A DNA stretch of 41,585 nt from Candidatus Nomurabacteria bacterium (GCA_031425235.1 JANPIZ010000004.1:132251-173835), one strand, 5' to 3'; numbered from the stretch's first letter, positions 19,108 through 26,832 are shown. The notes: generated from the sequence alone by a model not told the origin. Translations and numbers: made by a program.

Positions 19108-19218
19108 CAATTTCCAAAATACTAGTCGCGTACTACTATTCTGGAAAAAGGTGCCGTCTTTTAAAATAGACGGCAAAATTTTATATAACCCATTCCCGAG
19201 TAACCAACCTCGGGACTT
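19108..19218 (-). ncRNA. Intergenic RNA module A, copy 3 (divergent)
   Basis: AAGU[CCCGAG..CUCGGG]AAUGGGUUAU..UUUUGCCGUC..GACGGCACCUUU[stem]. Confidence 0.6.
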
Positions 19219-19260
19219 TTTGGTTTTAAGAGTTCGCACTCAGGATAACCAAAAACCTTT
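19195..19260 (-). ncRNA. Intergenic RNA module B, copy 2
   Basis: Same hairpin with GAGU-GCGA-ACUC (GNRA loop kept, U-G to U-A change). Confidence 0.8.
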
Positions 19261-19265
19261 TTAAC

Positions 19266-19751
19266 TTATTCTAAACTTTCGTCTAAGAGTTTTTTAAACT
19301 CTTCGACAAGTTTTTTAGCTTCGGAATCTGTCGCGATATTCGCGTAGATTCCTCCACCATGTGCGCAGTCGCACTGCCCTTCGTGAACCCACGAAGGAAT
19401 TGGCAGTTGGACTAAATTTTCAGTCGTTTCAAAAGTTTCCTTTGGAAACTTTTGAAGAATTTTGTTTTTTGTCTTGTCCTCGAGGTGGATACCTCGAAAG
19501 TAAGATTCGTTTGGGCATTCATCTGCCCAAACACTTTTTATTACCCGCGTGGCTTCCTTCGCCACGCAGTAATATTCAAACCTCACCTCGACTGCAGGTG
19601 AGGTTTTATTTTTTACTTCTTCGGGAATAAACCCGAGAAGTTCTTTAATTTTTTCCAAACCAGTAACTCTGATTTGGAATTTTTTTTCTGCAAACATTTT
19701 TTGAGCTTCGGCGCTCATGGCGCCAAGCCCGCTTATTAATAAATTTTCCAT
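19266..19751 (-). CDS. Hypothetical protein (island ORF3)
   Basis: 161-aa ORF with SD AGGAGGAGAAA-ATG. H..QCDCAH possible metal site. Confidence 0.8.
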   Translation of the reverse strand: MENLLISGLGAMSAEAQKMFAEKKFQIRVTGLEKIKELLGFIPEEVKNKTSPAVEVRFEYYCVAKEATRVIKSVWADECPNESYFRGIHLEDKTKNKILQKFPKETFETTENLVQLPIPSWVHEGQCDCAHGGGIYANIATDSEAKKLVEEFKKLLDESLE

Positions 19752-19828
19752 TTTCTCCTCCTAAACCTCATCTGTTGCTTGCAAATTCGCCAAAAGGCAT
19801 GTGAACCAGTCAAGTGTCCTGAAGTTTT

Positions 19829-19936
19829 TTAACCCTATGAAACCACAAAAATAATTTATGATTTCAACAAGGATGCCGAATCAAAAGACTCGGCAAAAAC
19901 TCGATTAACCCTTGCGCCAGTAAACCACACTGACTT
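19829..19936 (-). ncRNA. Intergenic RNA module A, copy 4
   Basis: AAGU[CAGU..ACUG]GCGCAAGGGUUAAUCGAGUUUUUGCCGA..UCGGCAUCCUUGUUGAAA..UUUCAUAGGGUUAA. Confidence 0.75.
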
Positions 19937-19976
19937 GTTGTTGACCCATCCACAACCAGGTTTTTTGCTCAAACGA

Positions 19977-21164
19977 TTATAAAAATCGTTTGAGCAAATT
20001 TTTCTCGAGAATTTCGAGAATTTTTTCCACGGTGAGTGTGGAATTGGTTCCCTGAGGGGAACCTTTTATGTTGGGTTGCCCACCCCAACCCGGTTCAAGC
20101 TGATTCAACTCAGCTTGAACCTTTTCTAAATCCACGTAGCCAGCTTGATACTGACAAATCGTGAATTTCCGGTGAGGATCACCCTCACCAATCCGGAATT
20201 CCGGATTGAGGCAAATTACTATTGGGGCACATGAGTACCCCAATTGCGTAGCAAAGCGGTGAGTACTTACCACCACCGCTATTTGATACAGAAGCGGTGC
20301 TCCTGATCCTTTTCCTATTTCCTGGCACCAAACCTCGGTGCCAGGAATCCCACAATAGCTGCAAAAATTGTCTCTTCCGATAAGAGTTTCTTTGCAGCTG
20401 TCGCAGTCCACAATAGTGTATATTGTGGACTTAATTTTTTTTTCCTCGATCGCGCGGATCATCTCCGCACGCTCGGCTTCAACCCGAGCGCGATAGCCTT
20501 CCGGCTCGGCTCGGGTAAAAAGCCATTCCTCCATCCACCCAACGCGGGTGGAAAAAGGAACTTCGTGGTCCGAAATCGCGGCTGCAATAGCCGCGGTTTC
20601 CGGAAAATCATTTTTGTCCCACGGTTGTTTCGCCGTGGGAAGCAGTTTCGATTTCCATTCGCCGCACGCGAATTTATCCGCGGTGGCGATCATATCCACG
20701 CCAGTATCAAAAAGATACTGGGTGTCCTGGTCTTCCACACCGTGTTGCACGGTGCCGATGTTTGAACGAATGTTCAACACCGCCATCGCCCCGACGGAGT
20801 CGAGGTCGGGACGAACCGTCACTAAAGTCGCATCTTTCGGCGGAAGTTCCGCCGTCAGTGCGACTTCGATAGCCGCCACACTGGCGTCACCACCAGTGTG
20901 TTGGGGATCAATGTTCCCCAAGTTACAGCGCTCGGCTAGCGCTGCAATAGTTACCTCAATCCCAAGCACGGGATGAGGTGTTATCTCTCCGCTTTCGACG
21001 GAGAGATGTGATCCACACATTTCGCAAATTGCGACATGTGTGGAAATTGTTTCCCAAGCATTACCACATACGCAGCGGTAATCAGCTCGAAAAATTTTAT
21101 TGTTTTGTTCCACTGCTTGCGGAACTTTTTTTGGATCCCTTGGATCCAAAGTTTTGAATTTCAT
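19977..21164 (-). CDS. Putative DHH-like phosphoesterase with two zinc-ribbon inserts (island ORF2)
   Basis: NIDPQH, RPDLDSVGA, C-terminal GWGG...GSP. CxC..CxxC and CxxC..CxxC clusters. SD AGGAGAAAAA-ATG. Confidence 0.6.
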   Translation of the reverse strand: MKFKTLDPRDPKKVPQAVEQNNKIFRADYRCVCGNAWETISTHVAICEMCGSHLSVESGEITPHPVLGIEVTIAALAERCNLGNIDPQHTGGDASVAAIEVALTAELPPKDATLVTVRPDLDSVGAMAVLNIRSNIGTVQHGVEDQDTQYLFDTGVDMIATADKFACGEWKSKLLPTAKQPWDKNDFPETAAIAAAISDHEVPFSTRVGWMEEWLFTRAEPEGYRARVEAERAEMIRAIEEKKIKSTIYTIVDCDSCKETLIGRDNFCSYCGIPGTEVWCQEIGKGSGAPLLYQIAVVVSTHRFATQLGYSCAPIVICLNPEFRIGEGDPHRKFTICQYQAGYVDLEKVQAELNQLEPGWGGQPNIKGSPQGTNSTLTVEKILEILEKNLLKRFL

Positions 21165-21188
21165 TTTTTCTCCTATTCACTTCTGTAT

Positions 21189-21233
21189 CTTGTTTGCTCG
21201 CTTATTCAGCATATGAGCAAATCTTGTGTCCGG
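21189..21233 (-). ncRNA. Pre-SD RNA module D upstream of ORF2
   Basis: CCGGACACAAGA-UUUGCUC-AUAU-GCU..AGC-GAGCAAA-CAAG. 21-nt core identical to 21661-21681. Confidence 0.75.
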
Positions 21234-21312
21234 TGAAATTTTTTGGTTATTGACCTCCAACCCCAGGAATCTTCTTATTTATATGCCGGAAAAGATACAA
21301 ATCCGGAAAAAA

Positions 21313-21612
21313 TTAATACTGTCCGTTTTGGTTGCAAACTTCGCAACCAAAACCTTCGCAGTTTGGACAAAGTAAATCGTCCTCACTGCGCGGCATAAAC
21401 ACTGGGGGTGTTGATTCCACCCCCAATTGCTCGGTGTTTATGACGCAAACCATAAACTCCCCCATTCCGTTTTCTCCGCGATCAATATAATTGATCGCAA
21501 TGATTTTTTCCTTTTGCGGGACTTTTTCAAGTGCAGCAAAAAAACATTCCTTTATGGAGTCACTTTGCGTCTTCGAGACGCCTGTGTATACTCCAAAATT
21601 TTTATTTTTCAT
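21313..21612 (-). CDS. Small protein with C-terminal CxxCxGxGCxxC zinc finger (island ORF1)
   Basis: ATG at 21612 with SD GAGGAGAAAT. CPNCEGFGCEVC. Confidence 0.75.
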   Translation of the reverse strand: MKNKNFGVYTGVSKTQSDSIKECFFAALEKVPQKEKIIAINYIDRGENGMGEFMVCVINTEQLGVESTPPVFMPRSEDDLLCPNCEGFGCEVCNQNGQY

Positions 21613-21637
21613 ATTTCTCCTCACTCTCCTCTGTGTG

Positions 21638-21681
21638 CTTGTCTGCTCGCCGTTAGGCAAATGAGCAAATCTTGTGTCCGG
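21638..21681 (-). ncRNA. Pre-SD RNA module D upstream of ORF1
   Basis: CCGGACACAAGA-UUUGCUC-AUUU-GCC..GGC-GAGCAGA-CAAG. Confidence 0.75.
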
Positions 21682-22267
21682 AAAGTTTTAAAAACTACTC
21701 GCTTGTAGCGATGAGGTAAAATGCAAGATTTTTACATCCTACCTTCTCACTACAAGTGAGAAGATTAGAGAAATCTATTTTGTTGTCAAAGTAATTATCC
21801 TTACCGCAAAACAAGTCTCTCTCCTTTTTGCGCTCCTCGTAAAGCTCCTCACTTCATTCGGCTCCTTCGTAAAGATAAATTGTTGTCTCTCTCCTTCGCC
21901 CCGCCCTGAATTTTTTGAAAAATTCAGGGCGGAGTAAATAAAGACATTTCAGATCACAAATGAGGGTTAAGCATTTCTGATCTGCCTATGTCTCGGCAAT
22001 TCTAAGTTTTCACTTGGATTACCTCGCCACGGTTGTGAATGTTTGTGTGTTTTTTAGCTTCGGTTTGCGGCGTCCACTAAAATTCACTATTCACGGTGCA
22101 AACAGATTTTAAAAGATTGTCTCTCATCCCACTCTCTCCTTTTTCCTAGCTTACCGGCCTAGGTGCCTTCCTTCCCTATGTGTTCTAAGTATTGAACCTT
22201 ATAGAGCGATCAGAGGTGGGAACCAATCTATTGAAATCTCCTTGAATGAACTCTCTCCTTATGTTCT
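21682..22267 (-). ncRNA. Long structured leader / candidate large ncRNA
   Basis: No ORF of 60 aa or more across about 590 nt after a consensus promoter. Multiple hairpins (21743-21763, 21901-21932, 21942-21993). Four exact AAGGAGAGAG repeats. Confidence 0.7.
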
Positions 22268-22273
22268 GGATAT

Positions 22274-22302
22274 AGTATAGCATAATTAAACTGTTTTGTC
22301 AA
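22274..22302 (-). promoter_or_regulatory. sigma70 promoter driving the island
   Basis: TTGACA(22302-22297)-17 bp-TATACT(22279-22274) with extended -10 TG. Confidence 0.85.
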
Positions 22303-22362
22303 GAATACATAATATAAATCTTGTAAATAGCTTAAAGTCCTTATATTTTAAGGATTAAATAG

Positions 22363-22420
22363 TTATCCACATTGTCACATTTGCATGACAAAACAAAACA
22401 TACTATACTTAAGTATAGTA
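22363..22420. promoter_or_regulatory. DnaA box plus palindromes upstream of the TrmB gene
   Basis: TTATCCACA at 22363-22371, ttgtca-N8-tgacaa at 22372-22391, perfect 20-bp palindrome tactatacttaagtatagta at 22401-22420. Confidence 0.6.
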
Positions 22421-23181
22421 TGGAAGAAAATATTTTAATTCAAACCGGTCTTTCCGAGGAGCAAGCTCAAACATACCAAGCTTTACTTGAAAAAGGCCCA
22501 CAAAAAGCGAGTGACCTATCCAAATGGACAGGTATCAAGCGTGGGCTTATATATAAAGTCCTCGAACAGCTCGAATCCATGAGTTTGGTCTCCAAAACTG
22601 GTGGCCCAGGCACTGTGGCCACCTTCTCCCCCGCGCATCCGAGCCTGCTTCTGTCCAATATTGAAAGAAAAGAAAAAGAAATAGCTTTCAATAAAGAAAT
22701 GCTCCAAAGCTCCATAGGGTCACTTGCGTCAAAATACAACCTGATCATAGGCAAACCCAACATTCAATTCTTCGAAGGAGAAGAAGGGATGAAAAAAGTT
22801 CTCGACGACACTCTAAATGTTTCCACTGGTACTGAAATATATACATACGCTGATTTGGAAGCTATTTTAAAATACATTCCCGACATAAATGCATCATATT
22901 CAGATCGTAGAGAAAAATTAGGAATAAAGAAAAAAGGACTGTTGTTAGATAGTCCCCGGGCACGTGAAGTGATAAAAAATTACCACACAGAGACAACTGA
23001 TACAAAATTTATACCATATGGGGCTGCAGAACTTGAAACGGTAATGCAAATATACGAAAATAAAATTTCTTACATAACTCTAAAAGATAATTCAATGATT
23101 GGAATCATCATAGAAGACCCGCTCATTTATAAAATGCATAAGCTATTATTTGAACATGTCTGGAATATTACAAAAAATTAG
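22420..23181 (+). CDS. TrmB-family transcriptional regulator
   Basis: GLS..QA..Y.ALL..G wHTH, P.IQFFEG.EG, IYENKI. ATG at 22420. Confidence 0.9.
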   Translation: MEENILIQTGLSEEQAQTYQALLEKGPQKASDLSKWTGIKRGLIYKVLEQLESMSLVSKTGGPGTVATFSPAHPSLLLSNIERKEKEIAFNKEMLQSSIGSLASKYNLIIGKPNIQFFEGEEGMKKVLDDTLNVSTGTEIYTYADLEAILKYIPDINASYSDRREKLGIKKKGLLLDSPRAREVIKNYHTETTDTKFIPYGAAELETVMQIYENKISYITLKDNSMIGIIIEDPLIYKMHKLLFEHVWNITKN

Positions 23182-23186
23182 AATCC

Positions 23187-24371
23187 TTAAATTTTTAAGC
23201 TCCCGGGATTTAACACAATTTTTTGGCTCGGCACTCCATGAAAATCAAACTCGCCCGTAACTACAAAACCCATATCGAGATATTTCTGAGAAATTTTAGT
23301 TCTCGGATCACACTCTGCATTTATAGGCACTCGATGCTCAGCTTCGCCTCTTAAGAATTGACGCATCATTTCTTCACCGATAAGTCCTCCTCCATATTTA
23401 GGATTTAAATTAAAAGCACCGAAATGAATTGATTCTAGTTTGCCTTCTTTATTAAAAATATTCTCAAAACGCGCAAACGCTGCAATATTATTTTCATGTT
23501 TAACAATATAAAAATGACTATTAACCTCATCAAAAGGATATAATCCATTGATTAGGGCTTCCCTGAATTCCTTCGGATATGGAGGAGTTGTGTAATTGTT
23601 GCGATATAATTCCTTCATTTCTTCTAACTCTTCGTTGGTCAACTCATGAGCTTGCGCTATTTCAAGTTTTGTTTTTTCGAAATCTTGGAAATTAATCTTT
23701 TTCCTTTCAGCTCGAGCTCGCAATAGTACATTTTTAAAAATAGTGGAAAATGTGATTGCTTCTGTATTCAGAGTATCAAAATTAGATAGAACCTTTTCTA
23801 TATTATCGTCATTCCAATATTCTTGCGGCTGTTCATTGATAATTTTTAATGATTGTTTTAAAGTTTTATAAGCCTTATTATATAAATCCTGCTTTAAATT
23901 TTCGGAACCTTGAGAATCTTGTTTAGAAGCACCTGAATAAAATTTATCAAAATCATATTTTATCTTTTCAGCTGTATCGCAAATTTCTAAAAACTTCCCT
24001 AAAGTACGATCAAATGCAGAACGATTTTCTAATTGCACCGAGGAGGCGTTACCTCCACCTTCTTTTATGGTTAAATCTAAAAAGGCATCGATGTTTTGAG
24101 GGTTTTCCATACCAGCAACAAATGCTTTAAAAAGCATGTCTCGTTTCATTGAGTTTGGCCATTCATAAATAAACTCCGTTATAGATTTATATGTCGATTC
24201 ATTGACACTTTTAGAATATTTTTTAAACTTTTCTAAAAGTGATTTAGGTATGAAATATGAATCCACGCCAAAATCTTTAATATTTCTTGAAGGAAATTTT
24301 TCTATGTTTTCTTTCTTGGAGCTAGACTTGTCTAGTTTTTCCATGGGTGGCTGATCAAATCGTATATTCAT
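23187..24371 (-). CDS. Hypothetical protein with C-terminal GNAT acetyltransferase domain
   Basis: FNLNPKYGGGLIG acetyl-CoA-binding-like motif and Y..MGF. Confidence 0.65.
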   Translation of the reverse strand: MNIRFDQPPMEKLDKSSSKKENIEKFPSRNIKDFGVDSYFIPKSLLEKFKKYSKSVNESTYKSITEFIYEWPNSMKRDMLFKAFVAGMENPQNIDAFLDLTIKEGGGNASSVQLENRSAFDRTLGKFLEICDTAEKIKYDFDKFYSGASKQDSQGSENLKQDLYNKAYKTLKQSLKIINEQPQEYWNDDNIEKVLSNFDTLNTEAITFSTIFKNVLLRARAERKKINFQDFEKTKLEIAQAHELTNEELEEMKELYRNNYTTPPYPKEFREALINGLYPFDEVNSHFYIVKHENNIAAFARFENIFNKEGKLESIHFGAFNLNPKYGGGLIGEEMMRQFLRGEAEHRVPINAECDPRTKISQKYLDMGFVVTGEFDFHGVPSQKIVLNPGSLKI

Positions 24372-24396
24372 AGTACCTCTATTATATAACTTTTTC

Positions 24397-25146
24397 CTAT
24401 TCTAGATAAGTCAGCGCAACCATAGCTAAAACTCCGAGCATAACTGCTATTATTTGGACTATAGAGTATTTTATTTCTTTGGTTTTGTGAAGTTCGGGGA
24501 TAAGGTCAGCTACAGCTATGTAGATAAACCCTCCAGCCGCAAGCGGTATCATCCAGACCATGGAACCTTCCACCGCCGAACCTAACACAAAAACCAGAGC
24601 AGTACCCAAGATAGCAAAAAGTGCAGAAACAAAATTGAGCCAAAGAGCTGTTTTTTTGCTGTATCCAGAGTGCAGTAGCACAGCGAAATCCCCCACTTCT
24701 TGAGGGATTTCATGCAATATCACAGCAATAGTTGTAGCTATGCCGACTGGCACGCTCACCAAGAAACTCACACCTATAATAATGCCGTCCATGAGGTTGT
24801 GGACTCCATCGGAAAAAAGGATCAATTTGCCGACTGGGTGCACATAGTCATCATCGGTGTCTTCACCGTGATGGTGCCAATGTAAAAACTTCTCTACAAT
24901 AAAAAAGAGAAGTACCCCAGCGATAACGAGTAGTCCTGTTAAGGTACTATTAGCAGATACTTCAAAAGCTTCTGGAATTAAATGTATTAACGCATCTCCT
25001 AAAAGGGCCCCGACCGCAACGCTGATAAATATAAAGATGTATTTTCTTAAAATTTCATCCTTCATGGATAGAGCCAAAACTCCAACAAAAGAAAGGAGGC
25101 TCACGACCGCAACGCTGATAAAACTGTAAAGATATATAGTAGTCAT
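24397..25146 (-). CDS. ZIP-family metal transporter
   Basis: HLIPEA, His-rich loop HWHHH, DGVHN..DG, HEIPQE.GD. Confidence 0.95.
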   Translation of the reverse strand: MTTIYLYSFISVAVVSLLSFVGVLALSMKDEILRKYIFIFISVAVGALLGDALIHLIPEAFEVSANSTLTGLLVIAGVLLFFIVEKFLHWHHHGEDTDDDYVHPVGKLILFSDGVHNLMDGIIIGVSFLVSVPVGIATTIAVILHEIPQEVGDFAVLLHSGYSKKTALWLNFVSALFAILGTALVFVLGSAVEGSMVWMIPLAAGGFIYIAVADLIPELHKTKEIKYSIVQIIAVMLGVLAMVALTYLE

Positions 25147-25182
25147 ATAAGTAAGTTAATTAAAAATTAGATTAGTAATTTG

Positions 25183-25256
25183 TGGTGCGGGGTAAGGGAA
25201 TCGAACCCTTGACATCAGTTTGGAAAACTGAAGTTATACCATTTAACTAACCCCGC
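25183..25256 (-). tRNA. tRNA-Gly(TCC)
   Basis: Cloverleaf with anticodon arm tcagt-tttccaa-actga, GGTTCGATTCC and encoded CCA. Confidence 0.96.
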
Positions 25257-25328
25257 AATTCCTCCATTATACACAAAAATAATGATTTTAAAAGTGTTTC
25301 CTTTTACACTAAAGATAGAAACTTAAAA

Positions 25329-25991
25329 CTATTTTTTTCTTATTTTATAAACATTATTAAACTTTCTCGGAAAATAAAGTTCGCTTTCTTGTGAATTACG
25401 ATTCAATTTTTTTGAACGATCAATTATTTCTTCCTTTTCCTTATCAAAAATAGGCTGAATTCGAGCTTCCTCGTCTACATCTTCTATAAACTCAAGCTCG
25501 GGATTATTTTTTAACCATTTAAGTATTTTGCGTACAGCGTCCGGATGAAATTGCCTATAATTTTCATAGATAATTAAAAATCCATTTGGTTTCAAAATAC
25601 GTATAGCGTCTGTAATAGTTAGAAGTTTTTGACGGTAAGCAATTTCAGATTGTATATAATTCCATTTTTCTTTACCGTCCTTTAAAGTCCCCTCATGATA
25701 TCTTAGAATTTCTTCTGCAAATTTATTTTCTTCACTTGGAGATATAAATCTTGTATCAGCTATGTCAGCCAAAACATTACTCAGTATAATTTCATCAACA
25801 GACTCATCTTCTCGTGGTATTAGTTTTTTGGATTCAGTGGTTAAAATACCATAGTTTATATGGATCGTGCTGTATTTAGTATTTAGTGGTAAATCTTTTT
25901 TATACTGTTTTATGTAACTATTTTCAGAGTTCGCACCAATTTCGATGACTATCTTATCTAATTTTTCTTTATTTTCAAAGGATTTTTCCAT
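25329..25991 (-). CDS. Class I SAM-dependent methyltransferase-like protein
   Basis: VIEIGA, DESVDEIILSNVL, RILKPNG.LII. Confidence 0.6.
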   Translation of the reverse strand: MEKSFENKEKLDKIVIEIGANSENSYIKQYKKDLPLNTKYSTIHINYGILTTESKKLIPREDESVDEIILSNVLADIADTRFISPSEENKFAEEILRYHEGTLKDGKEKWNYIQSEIAYRQKLLTITDAIRILKPNGFLIIYENYRQFHPDAVRKILKWLKNNPELEFIEDVDEEARIQPIFDKEKEEIIDRSKKLNRNSQESELYFPRKFNNVYKIRKK

Positions 25992-25998
25992 AACAATG

Positions 25999-26069
25999 TC
26001 GGGCTGCTGGGAATCGAACCCAGTCTAAACGCTCCCAAAGCGCTTGTACTACCGGTATACTACAGCCCG
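25999..26069 (-). tRNA. tRNA-Pro(TGG)
   Basis: cgggctg acceptor, anticodon arm agcgc-tttggga-gcgtt. No encoded CCA. Confidence 0.95.
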
Positions 26070-26211
26070 AAATACAAAATTCGCAAAATATAGCTTTTTG
26101 TAGGGGTTTGGCAAGTGTCGACGAGTCAACTTCAGGATTTTTTAAGCTTCAAAAAATCTGTACCGGAAAAAAGTTGATATTTTGTGAATTTTGTATTTCT
26201 CCACCACTATA

Positions 26212-26595
26212 TCACAAAATTATATCACTGACTACTTTTACTTTCGACTTATTGTTTTTTAAATCCAAATACACAACCAATAAATCAACTTGCCACTCAA
26301 TATCATCATCTATATTTTTCTCTAAAAGATACGTTTGAATAGTTCGTGAGAGACGCTTCATCTTCCACGGATGCATATTGTCTTCAGCGTTATATCCGGA
26401 AGTTTCATGAGAAACACTTTTAACCTCTATGAAATACAATGTATTCCCCTGCTTTGCCACAATATCTATTTCGCCCCACTTCTTTGTATAATTTCTATCC
26501 AAAATTTGAAAACCTTGTTCCACACAAAATTTTACGGCTATATTTTCGCCAAGTTCGCCTATTTTTTGTCTTTCAGATGTGAATACTTTTGGCAT
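26212..26595 (-). CDS. yraN: YraN (UPF0102) family nuclease-like protein
   Basis: G..GE..A, ILDRNY...GEIDIVA, FIEVK. Confidence 0.92.
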   Translation of the reverse strand: MPKVFTSERQKIGELGENIAVKFCVEQGFQILDRNYTKKWGEIDIVAKQGNTLYFIEVKSVSHETSGYNAEDNMHPWKMKRLSRTIQTYLLEKNIDDDIEWQVDLLVVYLDLKNNKSKVKVVSDIIL

Positions 26596-26638
26596 GGCTT
26601 ACTTTACTATAGATGTTTCATGTTTAACATATAATGGT

Positions 26639-26654
26639 TGTTTCACGTGAAACA
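26639..26654. promoter_or_regulatory. parS: parS centromere site (perfect)
   Basis: tgtttcacgtgaaaca. Variants at 26401, 26614, 27772, 27982 and 28009. Confidence 0.88.
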
Positions 26655-26769
26655 TGTTATAAAAAATTATGTCTTTTAACAAAATATCCTTATTTAACAA
26701 CGTATTTTAATAAAAAGGCGTCTAAAAGACAACTTCACTATATGTCCTTTATAAACATTACCAACATAC

Positions 26770-26778
26770 TTATCCACA
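26770..26778 (+). promoter_or_regulatory. DnaA box
   Basis: Perfect TTATCCACA in the AT-rich intergenic region next to parS. Confidence 0.55.
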
Positions 26779-26832
26779 GTTTTTCATTTTAACCTTATAT
26801 TGCAAAGTGCATCTAAAAGACAAGCTTTTTTG

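Noticed and set aside
19054-19239. 61-aa minus-strand ORF
   Set aside because: It starts inside module B and spans module A with no RBS, so it is likely incidental.
17076-19936. Hammerhead, twister, pistol or HDV ribozyme identity for module A
   Set aside because: I could not find CUGANGA/GAAA or the other catalytic-core consensus sequences on either strand by eye. A covariance search is still needed.
17243-21612. Prophage remnant
   Set aside because: No structural, replication or integrase genes are recognisable. Phage origin of individual ORFs cannot be excluded.
17076-21681. CRISPR array or integron cassette array
   Set aside because: No regularly spaced identical repeats or cas genes. 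Modules lack clear RYYYAAC/GTTRRRY ends, and the only tyrosine recombinase is a distant Xer type without an obvious IntI insertion.
21800-21900. Glycine riboswitch (GGAGAGA..CGAAGGAGC words)
   Set aside because: The CUCUCAGG 3' element and the matching P1-P3 pairing are not present.
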